From: an uncultured Methanosarcinales archaeon
GTDB lineage: Archaea > Nanobdellota > Nanobdellia > Woesearchaeales > CAYNLP01
Assembly: GCA_964398115.1 (NCBI GenBank)
Contig: CAYNLP010000008.1
Location: 1 to 34,046, forward strand
DNA: 34,046 bases
Direction of reading: 5' to 3'
Shown here one piece after another: positions 8,056 to 17,194 of the stretch. The translations under genes and the position numbers were made by a program. Numbering within the stretch: the first letter of the stretch is position 1; each line of letters opens with the position of its first letter. The notes below the pieces were generated by a model. The model worked only from the letters and a program-made list of their open reading frames with translations. It was not told where the DNA came from and did no database searches.

Positions 8056-8841
8056 ATGGGCAAACTAATATACAGATGCAAACAACACTTCTCCATAACC
8101 ATAGAAGAAACTGCCGAAATGGCTATAACAGCCCTCGTAGCAGGCTTACTCTTAGCATTCAACGACTGGGGCAGCGGAGATCAGGTAAACATCGCACAAG
8201 GAATATCTAACACAATCCTAAACACACTCTTCGTACTGATAGGCCTAACTGCTCACGTCTCCGCACAAAAAGTGTTCGGCCTCAAAATGGGATATAAAGT
8301 GAAATATCGCTTCTGGAAACTAGGCCTAGTATTTGGTGCGATGTTCACCTTTATAACAGCAGGAGTAATACCACTATTCTTCCCAGGACACGTCAGAGCC
8401 AAAGCAGTTGAAAGCATGAGAGTAGGTAAATTCGGACCGAGATGGAGGAAATGGGAAGTCGGCCTCGTAAACTTTGCAGGCTCCTTAGCCGGGCTAATAC
8501 TAGTACTACTGGCAAAACCCATCTTTATGAACACACAAGCACCAGCAGTAATGACATTCATAGAAGCCAACCTATGGCTAGCCATCTGGTCACTACTACC
8601 AGTACCCTTATTCCACGGAGTGAAACCAGGAGAAGGAGGAAGAGTAGAATACAAATACGGAGGAGGAACTCCTGGCTTCAGCTTATTCGCCGGAAGCAGA
8701 CCACTGTGGGTGTTTTTCTTCAGCACATTCATCGTATACAGCCTCCTAGTACTATGGTCCAACACTTTCTCACTACCCTTGTCAATCCTAGTCGCCCTAG
8801 TGATCCTAGCAATATACTATTTCAACCTAGAAGCCGAATAA
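8056..8841 (+). CDS. Membrane protein, peptidase M50/site-2-protease-like with degenerate catalytic motifs
   Basis: S2P-like layout (..AHVSAQK.FG..MGY...Y..W; FAGSL; NLWLAIWSLLPVP), but HExxH reads HVSAQ and NxxPxxxxDG is lost. Confidence 0.65.
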   Translation: MGKLIYRCKQHFSITIEETAEMAITALVAGLLLAFNDWGSGDQVNIAQGISNTILNTLFVLIGLTAHVSAQKVFGLKMGYKVKYRFWKLGLVFGAMFTFITAGVIPLFFPGHVRAKAVESMRVGKFGPRWRKWEVGLVNFAGSLAGLILVLLAKPIFMNTQAPAVMTFIEANLWLAIWSLLPVPLFHGVKPGEGGRVEYKYGGGTPGFSLFAGSRPLWVFFFSTFIVYSLLVLWSNTFSLPLSILVALVILAIYYFNLEAE

Positions 8842-8907
8842 ACCCGTTTTTAGAGGAGAATAAGGAAAACTTTTATATAGTGGTGTACGCATAAAAACGT
8901 CCAGAAA

Positions 8908-8935
8908 AACCGCTGAGCACAAGCTCAGCTTGGTT
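8908..8935 (+). promoter_or_regulatory. Hairpin in the 5' UTR of the small basic protein gene
   Basis: GCTGAGC-ACAA-GCTCAGC (8912-8929), extended by AACC/GGTT. TATA TTTTATATA at 8871-8879; SD GAGGTGA at ~8949-8955. Confidence 0.6.
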
Positions 8936-8961
8936 AACAACATTTCATGAGGTGAATAATT

Positions 8962-9192
8962 ATGGGAGAAAAAGTTGCAAGAGTAGGTGTTGACAAAGAA
9001 GAGGGTTGGCTATATTACGTTGACAAAAACGGTGACGTTTCAAGAGCTAAAATGGCCAGAGGAGGCCGAAAGAAAGGCTCTACCAAGAACGAAAAAGTCG
9101 CCAGAGTCGGCGTTGACAAAGAATCAGGATATCTCTACTACGTCGACAAGAACGGAGACGTAGCCAGAGCCAAGATGGCTCGAGGAAGGTAA
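8962..9192 (+). CDS. Small basic two-repeat protein, candidate nucleic-acid-binding protein
   Basis: Two copies of EKVARVGVDKE.G.LYYVDKNGDV.RAKMARG, with a strong SD and its own promoter and terminator. Confidence 0.88.
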   Translation: MGEKVARVGVDKEEGWLYYVDKNGDVSRAKMARGGRKKGSTKNEKVARVGVDKESGYLYYVDKNGDVARAKMARGR

Positions 9193-9219
9193 ATTAAATC
9201 CTTCCTATTTTTTCCTTTT
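9184..9219 (+). terminator. Putative terminator
   Basis: GGAAGG...CCTTCC stem followed by a T-rich run. Confidence 0.5.
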
Positions 9220-9264
9220 ATAACCTCTAGTATGCGCACCACCTATCTAGTTCTAACCACTCTT

Positions 9265-10152
9265 TCATTCATAATCCCTGTATCTGCGCTTTATATCAAA
9301 TTTTAGAAAATTAAGATCCTCGCCCATCCTTTCACCTGGCAACCAACCCTTTTCCTCATAAGATGGGAATAGTTCGCTCGGCGTATCGTCCTCCGAGTGC
9401 TGGGTGTCTATCTGGGCGACTTCTGTCCTAGCAACCTCCATACTTTCTTCATAGTCGCACTCAGGATGGAGGATATGATTCAAGTGCTTGACTTCTGCGA
9501 ACGGATGATGCCAGGGCGGTTGCGTACTTGTTATCTCGACGTCATCCAATACCTTATTTACCAACAGGGAAGGTGACAATAACATCGCGCTCCCATAATC
9601 ACTACGAAATTCTTCAAGGCTCGCGTATCCCCCTCCATTTTCCAAGTGTCTGTAAACCTTCTCTGCCTTATTTCTCAGTCTTTTCTGAGCTTTTTCGAAA
9701 ACCTCATACAAGCTAAGATCTATGTCTTCTCCTCTGTCCAATATGCCAGCATTAATTCTCAAATCCTTTGACAGCTTATTGAAAATTCTTCCCGGATTGA
9801 GCTGGCCCGGCAGGTTTTCAGCCATGGCTTTCAAGTTATTCCGCAACTCCTTTGACAAATTGTTGAAAATGCCCCTTGGCTTGAACTTACTCGCCAAGTT
9901 TTCAGCCATTCCTTTCAATCTTCTATATGCAGGGTCTTTTTCCGATAACCTGCTCTTCCAAGTTTTATGATCGGCTCCTGGCTCTGCAGCGTCACTTATC
10001 CGAACTCTTTCGGGCGAATTAAGGTTCTCCTCCCTTCTTTCCTTCATCTCTCTAGCTGCAATCACTTTCGCCCTGTCGTTTTTGCTTTTAGCCTCTTCGA
10101 TAGCGTTTTCTATCAATGAATCCAGATTAGATGAGGATTGCAAATCAAGCAT
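9265..10152 (-). CDS. Hypothetical protein with an internal 28-aa tandem duplication
   Basis: Likely start ATG 10152 (MLDLQSS). Repeat units LKGMAENL...ELRNN and LKAMAENL...DLRIN. Confidence 0.75.
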   Translation of the reverse strand: MLDLQSSSNLDSLIENAIEEAKSKNDRAKVIAAREMKERREENLNSPERVRISDAAEPGADHKTWKSRLSEKDPAYRRLKGMAENLASKFKPRGIFNNLSKELRNNLKAMAENLPGQLNPGRIFNKLSKDLRINAGILDRGEDIDLSLYEVFEKAQKRLRNKAEKVYRHLENGGGYASLEEFRSDYGSAMLLSPSLLVNKVLDDVEITSTQPPWHHPFAEVKHLNHILHPECDYEESMEVARTEVAQIDTQHSEDDTPSELFPSYEEKGWLPGERMGEDLNFLKFDIKRRYRDYE

Positions 10153-10243
10153 TCTTGTTGCTATCAATGCATAGTCAAGCTTAAAAAATTTTAGGCGATA
10201 CGCTGAACAAACTATATAAAACAATTTTTATTCTCTTAAAAAC

Positions 10244-12442
10244 ATGATAGAAGGGTTCGAACCACGGCTTTACCAACAAACAATTCTCAACACAACCATT
10301 GAGAAAAACACCTTGGTAGTATTACCCACCGGTTTAGGTAAAACAGTAATAGCTATGATGCTAGCCGCACACCGCCTAAAAGAAATACCAGACAGCAAGA
10401 TAGTATTCCTAGCACCTACCAAGCCACTCGTGCAACAACACAAAAGAACCTTCGTAAAACACTTAGACACGGATGAAGAAACCATGCACGTCTTCACAGG
10501 AGACATAAGACCAGACAAAAGAGAAAAACTATGGCAAGACGCCAAGATAGTATTCTCCACCCCTCAAGGATTCGAAAACGACGTAATCAGCAGCAGAGTC
10601 AACCTTGAAGACGTAAGCCTAATGGTATTCGACGAAGCACACCGAGCCACAGGAGAATACAGCTACGTATTTATAGCAGAAAAATACATGACTCAAGCAC
10701 ACAACCCACGCGTCCTAGGACTCACGGCAAGTCCAGGAAGCGACCAGCAAAAAATCCGCAACGTGTGCGACAACCTCTACATCGACGAAATCGAATTAAG
10801 GACGGACGAAGACCCAGACGTAAAACCATACATACAAGATGTAGATATAGAAAGAATAACCATCGACCTACCCGACGACTTCGCACAAGTAATCAAATAC
10901 CTACGAGACTGCATGCAAAACAAACTAGAAAAAATCAAAGACTACGGCTACCTAACCGGCAGCGTCTCAAACTACAGCAGAAAAGACTTGCTCAAATTAC
11001 AAAAAGGAATGCAAAGCAAAATGGCCCAAGGAGAAAAAGACTGGGAACTCATGAAAAGCCTCAGCTTAAACGCCGAAGCCATGAAAGTACAACACGCACT
11101 CATACTAGCAGAAACACAAGGCATGGAAAGCCTCGTCAACTACATGAGAAGACTTCAAAAAGAAGCCAAGAACAGCCAAACCAAAGCAGTACAAAACCTC
11201 GTCAAAGACAAATACTTCAGAAGCGCTAAAGCCAAAGCCGAAAGCCTAATCGAACAAGGAGTAGAACACCCCAAAATGAAACGCTTGAAAAAAATCGTAG
11301 CGAGCGAACTAAACCAAAACCGCGACGCCAGGATAATAATATTCAACCAATACCGAGACCAAGTAGAAAAGCTCAAAAAAGAATTCGACGACATCGGATT
11401 TGCATGTGAAATGTTCGTCGGACAAATGAAGAAAGGAAACACGGGCATGAGCCAGAAAGAACAGAAACAAACCATAGAAAGATTTGAAGACGGAGAATTT
11501 AACATACTACTAGCAACAAGCGTAGCAGAAGAAGGCCTAGACATACCCGCCGTAGACCTCGTCGTATTCTACGAACCAATACCAAGCGCGGTAAGAACAG
11601 TACAAAGAAGAGGAAGAACAGGACGTCAAGAACAAGGAAAAGTCAAAGTACTCATAACCAAAGACACTGTAGACGAAGGATACCGATGGAGCGCACACCA
11701 CAAAGAAAAGAACATGATAGAAGCTATCAAAAACTTACAAGACGAATTCAACCCAGAACATGAAAAACCCACGCTTGACGAATACGTAGAAGAGGATCAA
11801 GTCACAATCTACGCGGACTATAGAGAAAAAGGCGGAGGCGTCATCAAAGAACTATCCAGAGAAAACGTCGACGTACAAATGAAAAGCATGGATGTCGGCG
11901 ACTACCTCCTTTCGGAAGACTTATGCGTTGAGTTCAAAACCGTACAGGACTTCGCCGACTCTGTTGTAGACGGCCGACTGCTAGAACAAATGAAAGACCT
12001 GAGCCAATACAAAAAACCACTCATGGTTATCGAAGGCGAAGAAGACATCTACGCAATGAGAAAAATGCATCCAAACGCAATCCGCGGAATGCTAGCCACA
12101 ATAATGTTCAATTACAACATACCAGTCTTCCAAACCAAAGACGCACACGAAACAGCAGGCTTCCTCAAACTACTGGCAAAGAGAGAACAAGAAGACAAAG
12201 ACACAGACTGGCAATTCCACACCAACAAACCCTTAACATTAAAGGAAAGACAAGAATACGTCGTGGCAGCCATGCCCGGCATCGGCAACAAACTAGCCAA
12301 ACCCTTACTCGAAGAATTCGGCAGTATCAAAAACTTAGTCAATGCAACTGAAGAAGAGCTCAAAAACGTCGACTTAATAGGAGATAAAAAAGCAGAACAG
12401 TTAAGAGAATTATTCGATACAGGGTATGACGATCAAGGCTGA
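10244..12442 (+). CDS. hef: Hef (FANCM/XPF-like) helicase-nuclease
   Basis: SF2 motifs LPTGLGKT, DEAH, TAS, ATSVAEEGLDIP and QRRGRTGR; ERCC4 nuclease GDY...VEFKT..DF; C-terminal HhH motifs (PGIG, DLIG). Confidence 0.96.
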   Translation: MIEGFEPRLYQQTILNTTIEKNTLVVLPTGLGKTVIAMMLAAHRLKEIPDSKIVFLAPTKPLVQQHKRTFVKHLDTDEETMHVFTGDIRPDKREKLWQDAKIVFSTPQGFENDVISSRVNLEDVSLMVFDEAHRATGEYSYVFIAEKYMTQAHNPRVLGLTASPGSDQQKIRNVCDNLYIDEIELRTDEDPDVKPYIQDVDIERITIDLPDDFAQVIKYLRDCMQNKLEKIKDYGYLTGSVSNYSRKDLLKLQKGMQSKMAQGEKDWELMKSLSLNAEAMKVQHALILAETQGMESLVNYMRRLQKEAKNSQTKAVQNLVKDKYFRSAKAKAESLIEQGVEHPKMKRLKKIVASELNQNRDARIIIFNQYRDQVEKLKKEFDDIGFACEMFVGQMKKGNTGMSQKEQKQTIERFEDGEFNILLATSVAEEGLDIPAVDLVVFYEPIPSAVRTVQRRGRTGRQEQGKVKVLITKDTVDEGYRWSAHHKEKNMIEAIKNLQDEFNPEHEKPTLDEYVEEDQVTIYADYREKGGGVIKELSRENVDVQMKSMDVGDYLLSEDLCVEFKTVQDFADSVVDGRLLEQMKDLSQYKKPLMVIEGEEDIYAMRKMHPNAIRGMLATIMFNYNIPVFQTKDAHETAGFLKLLAKREQEDKDTDWQFHTNKPLTLKERQEYVVAAMPGIGNKLAKPLLEEFGSIKNLVNATEEELKNVDLIGDKKAEQLRELFDTGYDDQG

Positions 12443-12843
12443 TACCTTCCTCTTATTTCCGTAACGCTATCCGCTTCTACAACCGGCATTTCTGTCAAGT
12501 AACGCCCAGCAGGAACGTCTTCCGGACACCTAACCCTTTCATCTGAAAAGCTGCCGTGAACTTGAACCCTGCCAAAATCAACATCTTGACTAGATCGTAC
12601 CGCGTATTCCGTGTCTTTTTCTTGAACCACGGCTAGTTCACCATCTTGACAATAGTTAGTAACGTCACCAATAAAACTCACCGACGGGTTTTCCCTTTCT
12701 TGAACACTCAATTCTTCAATTGCTTGCGATATTTTAGAGGATAAACTAGCTTTTTTAAAATCAGATTGGGTGTTGGGTTGACAACTAGCTGTTCCGATGC
12801 ATGCCATAGCTATAACTGTCTTAAGAGTTTTGTTTAGAGTCAT
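12433..12843 (-). CDS. Hypothetical lipoprotein or secreted protein
   Basis: N-terminal signal with lipobox-like TASC; 136 aa. Confidence 0.7.
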   Translation of the reverse strand: MTLNKTLKTVIAMACIGTASCQPNTQSDFKKASLSSKISQAIEELSVQERENPSVSFIGDVTNYCQDGELAVVQEKDTEYAVRSSQDVDFGRVQVHGSFSDERVRCPEDVPAGRYLTEMPVVEADSVTEIRGRYQP

Positions 12844-12894
12844 GTTGTGTGTGGAAAGACCTCTCCTTTAAATAAGTAAACGTAAAAATAAATA

Positions 12895-12910
12895 TTTTCC
12901 ATATTGAAAA
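12895..12910. repeat. Dispersed 16-bp palindrome, copy 6
   Basis: TTTTCCATATTGAAAA, between divergent genes. Confidence 0.85.
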
Positions 12911-12946
12911 GAAAACGTTTTTAACTCAAAAATAATAAACAATAAC

Positions 12947-13306
12947 ATGGAGCAACCCAAAGTAACCATAACCGCAAACCCCTACCACGAAAACGGAAAA
13001 TTCTACCAAACAATACAACAAGTAAGCAGAACCTTCCAACAAAACGGATTTAAAGTCCTCTCACCAGACCTAAATAGACTAGAAAGAGAACTCATGAAAC
13101 CAAGAAAAAAAGCAATCGAACAATCAGACATCCTCTACATCATAAACACCAACCCTATAGACGCCTTCATAGAAGAACAAATACAAACAGCAGAACAAGC
13201 AGAAACACGCGTATTCACACATGAAAAAAATGGCAACGGCCAATTCGGACATGTCAAGGAACTCGTTCAATTCTACCAAAGGTCACCTAAAGGATACCTA
13301 ATTTAA
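12947..13306 (+). CDS. Hypothetical protein, possibly nucleoside 2-deoxyribosyltransferase-like fold
   Basis: Pattern GF.VLSP...KAIEQSDILYIIN resembles NDT-like proteins; catalytic residues uncertain. Confidence 0.6.
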   Translation: MEQPKVTITANPYHENGKFYQTIQQVSRTFQQNGFKVLSPDLNRLERELMKPRKKAIEQSDILYIINTNPIDAFIEEQIQTAEQAETRVFTHEKNGNGQFGHVKELVQFYQRSPKGYLI

Positions 13307-14149
13307 ATCTAAACTCTTCAACTTCTCAACCCTCTCCTCAGTAGGAGGATGAGTACTAAACAACTTAACCAAACCCTTCTTACTAAACGGATTTACAATA
13401 AATAAACTGCTCGTACTCTCCCGGCCCATACGCATCGGCTTCTGCCTAGCATGACTCTCCAACTTTTGCAAGCCCTTAGCTAAGCCTTCACCACTACCAA
13501 CCAATCTAGCACCGCTTTCATCCGCCATGAATTCACGACTACGACTAATAGCTAATTGCAAAACAGTAGCAATCAAAGGAGTGACAATAGCCAAAACCAA
13601 CAATTCCAAAATACCACCTCCTTCGTCACCGCCACGACCTCCAAATCCAAACAACGCACCCCACCTAGCAATCATGGCAACATAGCTAATAACCGCGGCG
13701 ATAGTTGAAGCGATGGTTGTAATCAAAGTATCCCTATTCTTAATATGACTCAACTCATGCGCCGCCACACCCCTAAGTTCTTCCTCATCCATAACATCCA
13801 AAATACCTTTCGTGAAAGCAACCACACTATTTTCAGGATTACGACCAGTAGCAAAAGCGTTAGGTTGCTCACTAGGCACGATGAAAATACGGGGCTTAGG
13901 AATACCTGCTTTCTTGCTCAACTCATCAACCATCTTATGAATTTTAGGAAAATCACTTTGGCTCACTTCCTGCGCGTTATACATCTTCAAAACAATCTTG
14001 TCACTAAACCAATAACTACCCACGTTCATAATCAAAGCAAAAAAGATAGCAAAAGTCAAACCAGACTGTCCCCAAAAACTACCTATCCACAAGAAAACGC
14101 CTGAAAGAGCTGCCAGTAAGATTCCTGTCTTAACACGATTTTTCCACAT
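13298..14149 (-). CDS. htpX: Zinc metalloprotease HtpX (M48)
   Basis: SYWFSDKIVL, PNAFATGRNP, AHELSH, ISRSREFMAD and FSTHPP. Confidence 0.97.
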   Translation of the reverse strand: MWKNRVKTGILLAALSGVFLWIGSFWGQSGLTFAIFFALIMNVGSYWFSDKIVLKMYNAQEVSQSDFPKIHKMVDELSKKAGIPKPRIFIVPSEQPNAFATGRNPENSVVAFTKGILDVMDEEELRGVAAHELSHIKNRDTLITTIASTIAAVISYVAMIARWGALFGFGGRGGDEGGGILELLVLAIVTPLIATVLQLAISRSREFMADESGARLVGSGEGLAKGLQKLESHARQKPMRMGRESTSSLFIVNPFSKKGLVKLFSTHPPTEERVEKLKSLDLN

Positions 14150-14184
14150 GTATTTGAGAAAAAAAGATTGGACCTTAAATAATT

Positions 14185-14541
14185 TTAGTATCCTTTTTCA
14201 AACATCGGTGGCGTGTTCCTATTAATATAATTCGCCAAACCCTCAATTTGACGAAGATCTGTCCTAAACAATAAATTCCTAATATTCGTATTTACTTTAA
14301 CACCATGCCGGGCAAAACCCTTAGCCAAACGACCGAACAACTTCTTACCTGCACTATCTAAATCCGTCAAGATAACAACCTCCTCCTCATGCTGGAAATC
14401 CTCAACCACTTGATAAACAGGATCATTCAACACAGTAACATCGCTAAAACCAAGACGTTCCAAACTCTTCCTATCATTATGACCTTCAACAAGAACAGGC
14501 TTATCCCGAATACGCTTGATTTCATCAAGAACCTTTCTCAT
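14185..14541 (-). CDS. Small TOPRIM-domain protein
   Basis: VLVEG.ND...L and VVILTDLD.AG motifs; probable start MRKVLD at 14541. Confidence 0.88.
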   Translation of the reverse strand: MRKVLDEIKRIRDKPVLVEGHNDRKSLERLGFSDVTVLNDPVYQVVEDFQHEEEVVILTDLDSAGKKLFGRLAKGFARHGVKVNTNIRNLLFRTDLRQIEGLANYINRNTPPMFEKGY

Positions 14542-14580
14542 ACCCCTCAAAATGTTATACACGTTTTATATAATTAACGC

Positions 14581-17085
14581 TTAACCCTGCTGATAATTCT
14601 TTTGTAATTTCTTGTGGAAAGAAGTAACATCTTCAATATTATTAATTGTTAGCTCAGTAGTGCTGCTTCCTATAGTTTGAATTTTTACCTTGCCATTATC
14701 AAAAATTTTATTCAAGAATCCTTCTTCTTTTCCAATGAAGTCGATTTTAGGGAATATTATGGACTTCTGAACTTTGTAAAAAACTCCTCTTCTACCTACC
14801 ACTCGATAGCTCTGAATACTGTATGACTTATTCTTCAAATATATAACCATATAACCAAGCAAAGCCGCTCCTCCCAACCCAACCCATAGTTGGAAAGCTG
14901 GTACAAATAAAGTTACAAGAGCGATAAGGAAGAAAGAGGGGATCACATGGTTCCAGATATCCTGCTCAGATTCCAACGTAGATCGAGCATATTCCTCTGC
15001 TTTATCTTTTAAATCGTCAAATTCCTTAGCAGATGGGCGACTATAGAAAATCACGTCAATCAAGTCATCCATCACCCTTATACCAGGAACGTATGATACT
15101 TTGAAGCTATTAGAAGCAACTCTCTTATTCTTCCCAGAACCAACAATATGCTCTCCCGCAATATTAAATTTGATAGATCCATAACTACAGAAAGGCCATC
15201 TCTTCGTCTCGATATCCTTCACATCATCATATGAGATATGATACTGAGAAGTAAAAAATATGCCTTCTTTGAAATAAACATGATCATCAAAAAATGTGAG
15301 ACGCTGTCTATCAAAGTAAAACTTCTTGTAAACTGCTATTAAACCAACTGCAACAACTATAATAGCGGAGAGAACATACCAGCTTTTTATTAGGAAGAAA
15401 CTTAAAACACCTAATAATAGAACTGTTAGTGGCAAAAATGCTCTTATCATACGCGTAAAGCCAAACTCAGGTTGTATCTCATAAACTTTTTCTGAACCAC
15501 GAATATTCTTCTTCTCTAGAATCTGCTTAACTAACTTATCATCTTTAGCCACATTCTTAAAAGAAACGTCCTTAACGGATCCGATTGACAAAAACTTTAA
15601 GGTAAAAGTGTTGAAAATCCAATCTATCAAGTTTTCTTTCACAACTACGCCCGTGACTTTGTCAAAAGAAAACTCTCTGTTCTTTTCCCATAAAAATTCA
15701 AACCTCTCCTCAACCCCTTTTTTCCTTAGGTGGAAGGAGTAGAAGTGTACCTTTAGTCCTGCCCAAGCAATACTTAATAGAATAAATACAACAAAAAACG
15801 TTGCTAACACGGGAATGTTAAATAGCTGTAATGAAGTAGCAATCTGGGAGATGATTACAAGAGATAAGAAAAAACCTATAATAGCAGAAGAAAACGCTGT
15901 ACGTCCAAATTCCATATTTAATTCTCCTGTTACATCCGACACCGACCTCTCTACTTTTGATTCTCCCCCCTTTTGTAACGACCTTTCTGAAACGGTCTTA
16001 TCTTTCTGACTGATTAAACTATCAATATTTTCTTCCATCTCTTTTCCGTTACGTACATTCCTAAATGTGACCTCCCTACCAGCTCCAGGAGAACTTATAA
16101 CAATATTGTACAATCCAAGCATCTTCTCTACAACCCCACGAGTCGTTTCACTATCAGACAAGTTCTCTACCGGCAGAAAAGCCCGGTGCTTGGTTAGAAA
16201 TCCCTCTGTATAATCAATATTATCCTCATAAATAAAGTACTCTCTAAGACTAAGATCAATGGCGTAAAGTAGCAGATGAGTTATAGCACCTAATCCTAAT
16301 GGAATTCCAAATAACAATCCACTTGTTTCAAAATTGGAGGGCATAGAGGTTAGAGAACTAAATCCAACAACAAATAGTGCAAACAACACCCCTCTCGATT
16401 GTGATGAAATATTCATATAACCAGTGAGTAATGCGAAAGCCCCCATCCCAATGAGAAATCCACCTACTATGATTACAAAACTCCCCACGCTAGAACTTAA
16501 TAAAGTCGTTATAGCACGGCCAACAGAAGTTGAACCCACTATGGCTAACAACCCAGCAAATAAAAACAGAAGGCCAACATCGACAGCCACGCCAACTTTA
16601 TCGGGAGACTCTTTCTGAACTAGATCGTCACGAGATATTTCAAACCCAACACCTTGTAATAGTTCTTCCATGTAGCTATACATTTCATCAGGTTTATCAA
16701 CAGACCTTAACATAATCTCAGAACCCCCACCACCAGCAGCTTCTACAATGACATCCCCTGTGCTGAAAATCATATTTTCAAGAAAAGGCTTCTCTAACTT
16801 TACATGTGTGACATTCTTCAACATAAGTTCGGTTTCACTGTCACTAAAAATTGAACCTCGCTTCCAAATAACTCTGTCCTGTTCAAAGACATAATTCTCT
16901 TTCGAATAAGATATGAATAAAGAAAAAACCCTATAAATAAACCAAACTCCAACTATTATCGAAGTTACTAACCTAAAACCAAAGCTAAAACCAATAACTG
17001 CTAGTAAAGAAAAAAACAAGATAGACTTTATCAGATTATAATAAATAAAAGCGCTCTTATTCGGCTTTAATTCAAATTCGGACAT
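14581..17085 (-). CDS. Large membrane protein with multiple bacterial PH (bPH_2) domains
   Basis: About five TM-pair plus Y....(G.F)...I...K...(ifg.G.V.I) units; start ATG 17085 (MSEFELKP). Confidence 0.85.
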   Translation of the reverse strand: MSEFELKPNKSAFIYYNLIKSILFFSLLAVIGFSFGFRLVTSIIVGVWFIYRVFSLFISYSKENYVFEQDRVIWKRGSIFSDSETELMLKNVTHVKLEKPFLENMIFSTGDVIVEAAGGGGSEIMLRSVDKPDEMYSYMEELLQGVGFEISRDDLVQKESPDKVGVAVDVGLLFLFAGLLAIVGSTSVGRAITTLLSSSVGSFVIIVGGFLIGMGAFALLTGYMNISSQSRGVLFALFVVGFSSLTSMPSNFETSGLLFGIPLGLGAITHLLLYAIDLSLREYFIYEDNIDYTEGFLTKHRAFLPVENLSDSETTRGVVEKMLGLYNIVISSPGAGREVTFRNVRNGKEMEENIDSLISQKDKTVSERSLQKGGESKVERSVSDVTGELNMEFGRTAFSSAIIGFFLSLVIISQIATSLQLFNIPVLATFFVVFILLSIAWAGLKVHFYSFHLRKKGVEERFEFLWEKNREFSFDKVTGVVVKENLIDWIFNTFTLKFLSIGSVKDVSFKNVAKDDKLVKQILEKKNIRGSEKVYEIQPEFGFTRMIRAFLPLTVLLLGVLSFFLIKSWYVLSAIIVVAVGLIAVYKKFYFDRQRLTFFDDHVYFKEGIFFTSQYHISYDDVKDIETKRWPFCSYGSIKFNIAGEHIVGSGKNKRVASNSFKVSYVPGIRVMDDLIDVIFYSRPSAKEFDDLKDKAEEYARSTLESEQDIWNHVIPSFFLIALVTLFVPAFQLWVGLGGAALLGYMVIYLKNKSYSIQSYRVVGRRGVFYKVQKSIIFPKIDFIGKEEGFLNKIFDNGKVKIQTIGSSTTELTINNIEDVTSFHKKLQKNYQQG

Positions 17086-17194
17086 ATGACAAAGAAATGA
17101 AAGCATATATTTAAAAATCTTCTCTATCAAAAAAACTAATTCCGAAAATATTAACCTCAAATTTAAATAACTAAATCTTCTCTAAAAAAATTAT

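Noticed and set aside
11920..11955. Hef nuclease inactivation (EFKT instead of ERKT)
   Set aside because: The GDY Asp and the E, K and D residues of the motif are retained. One substitution is not enough to claim loss of activity.
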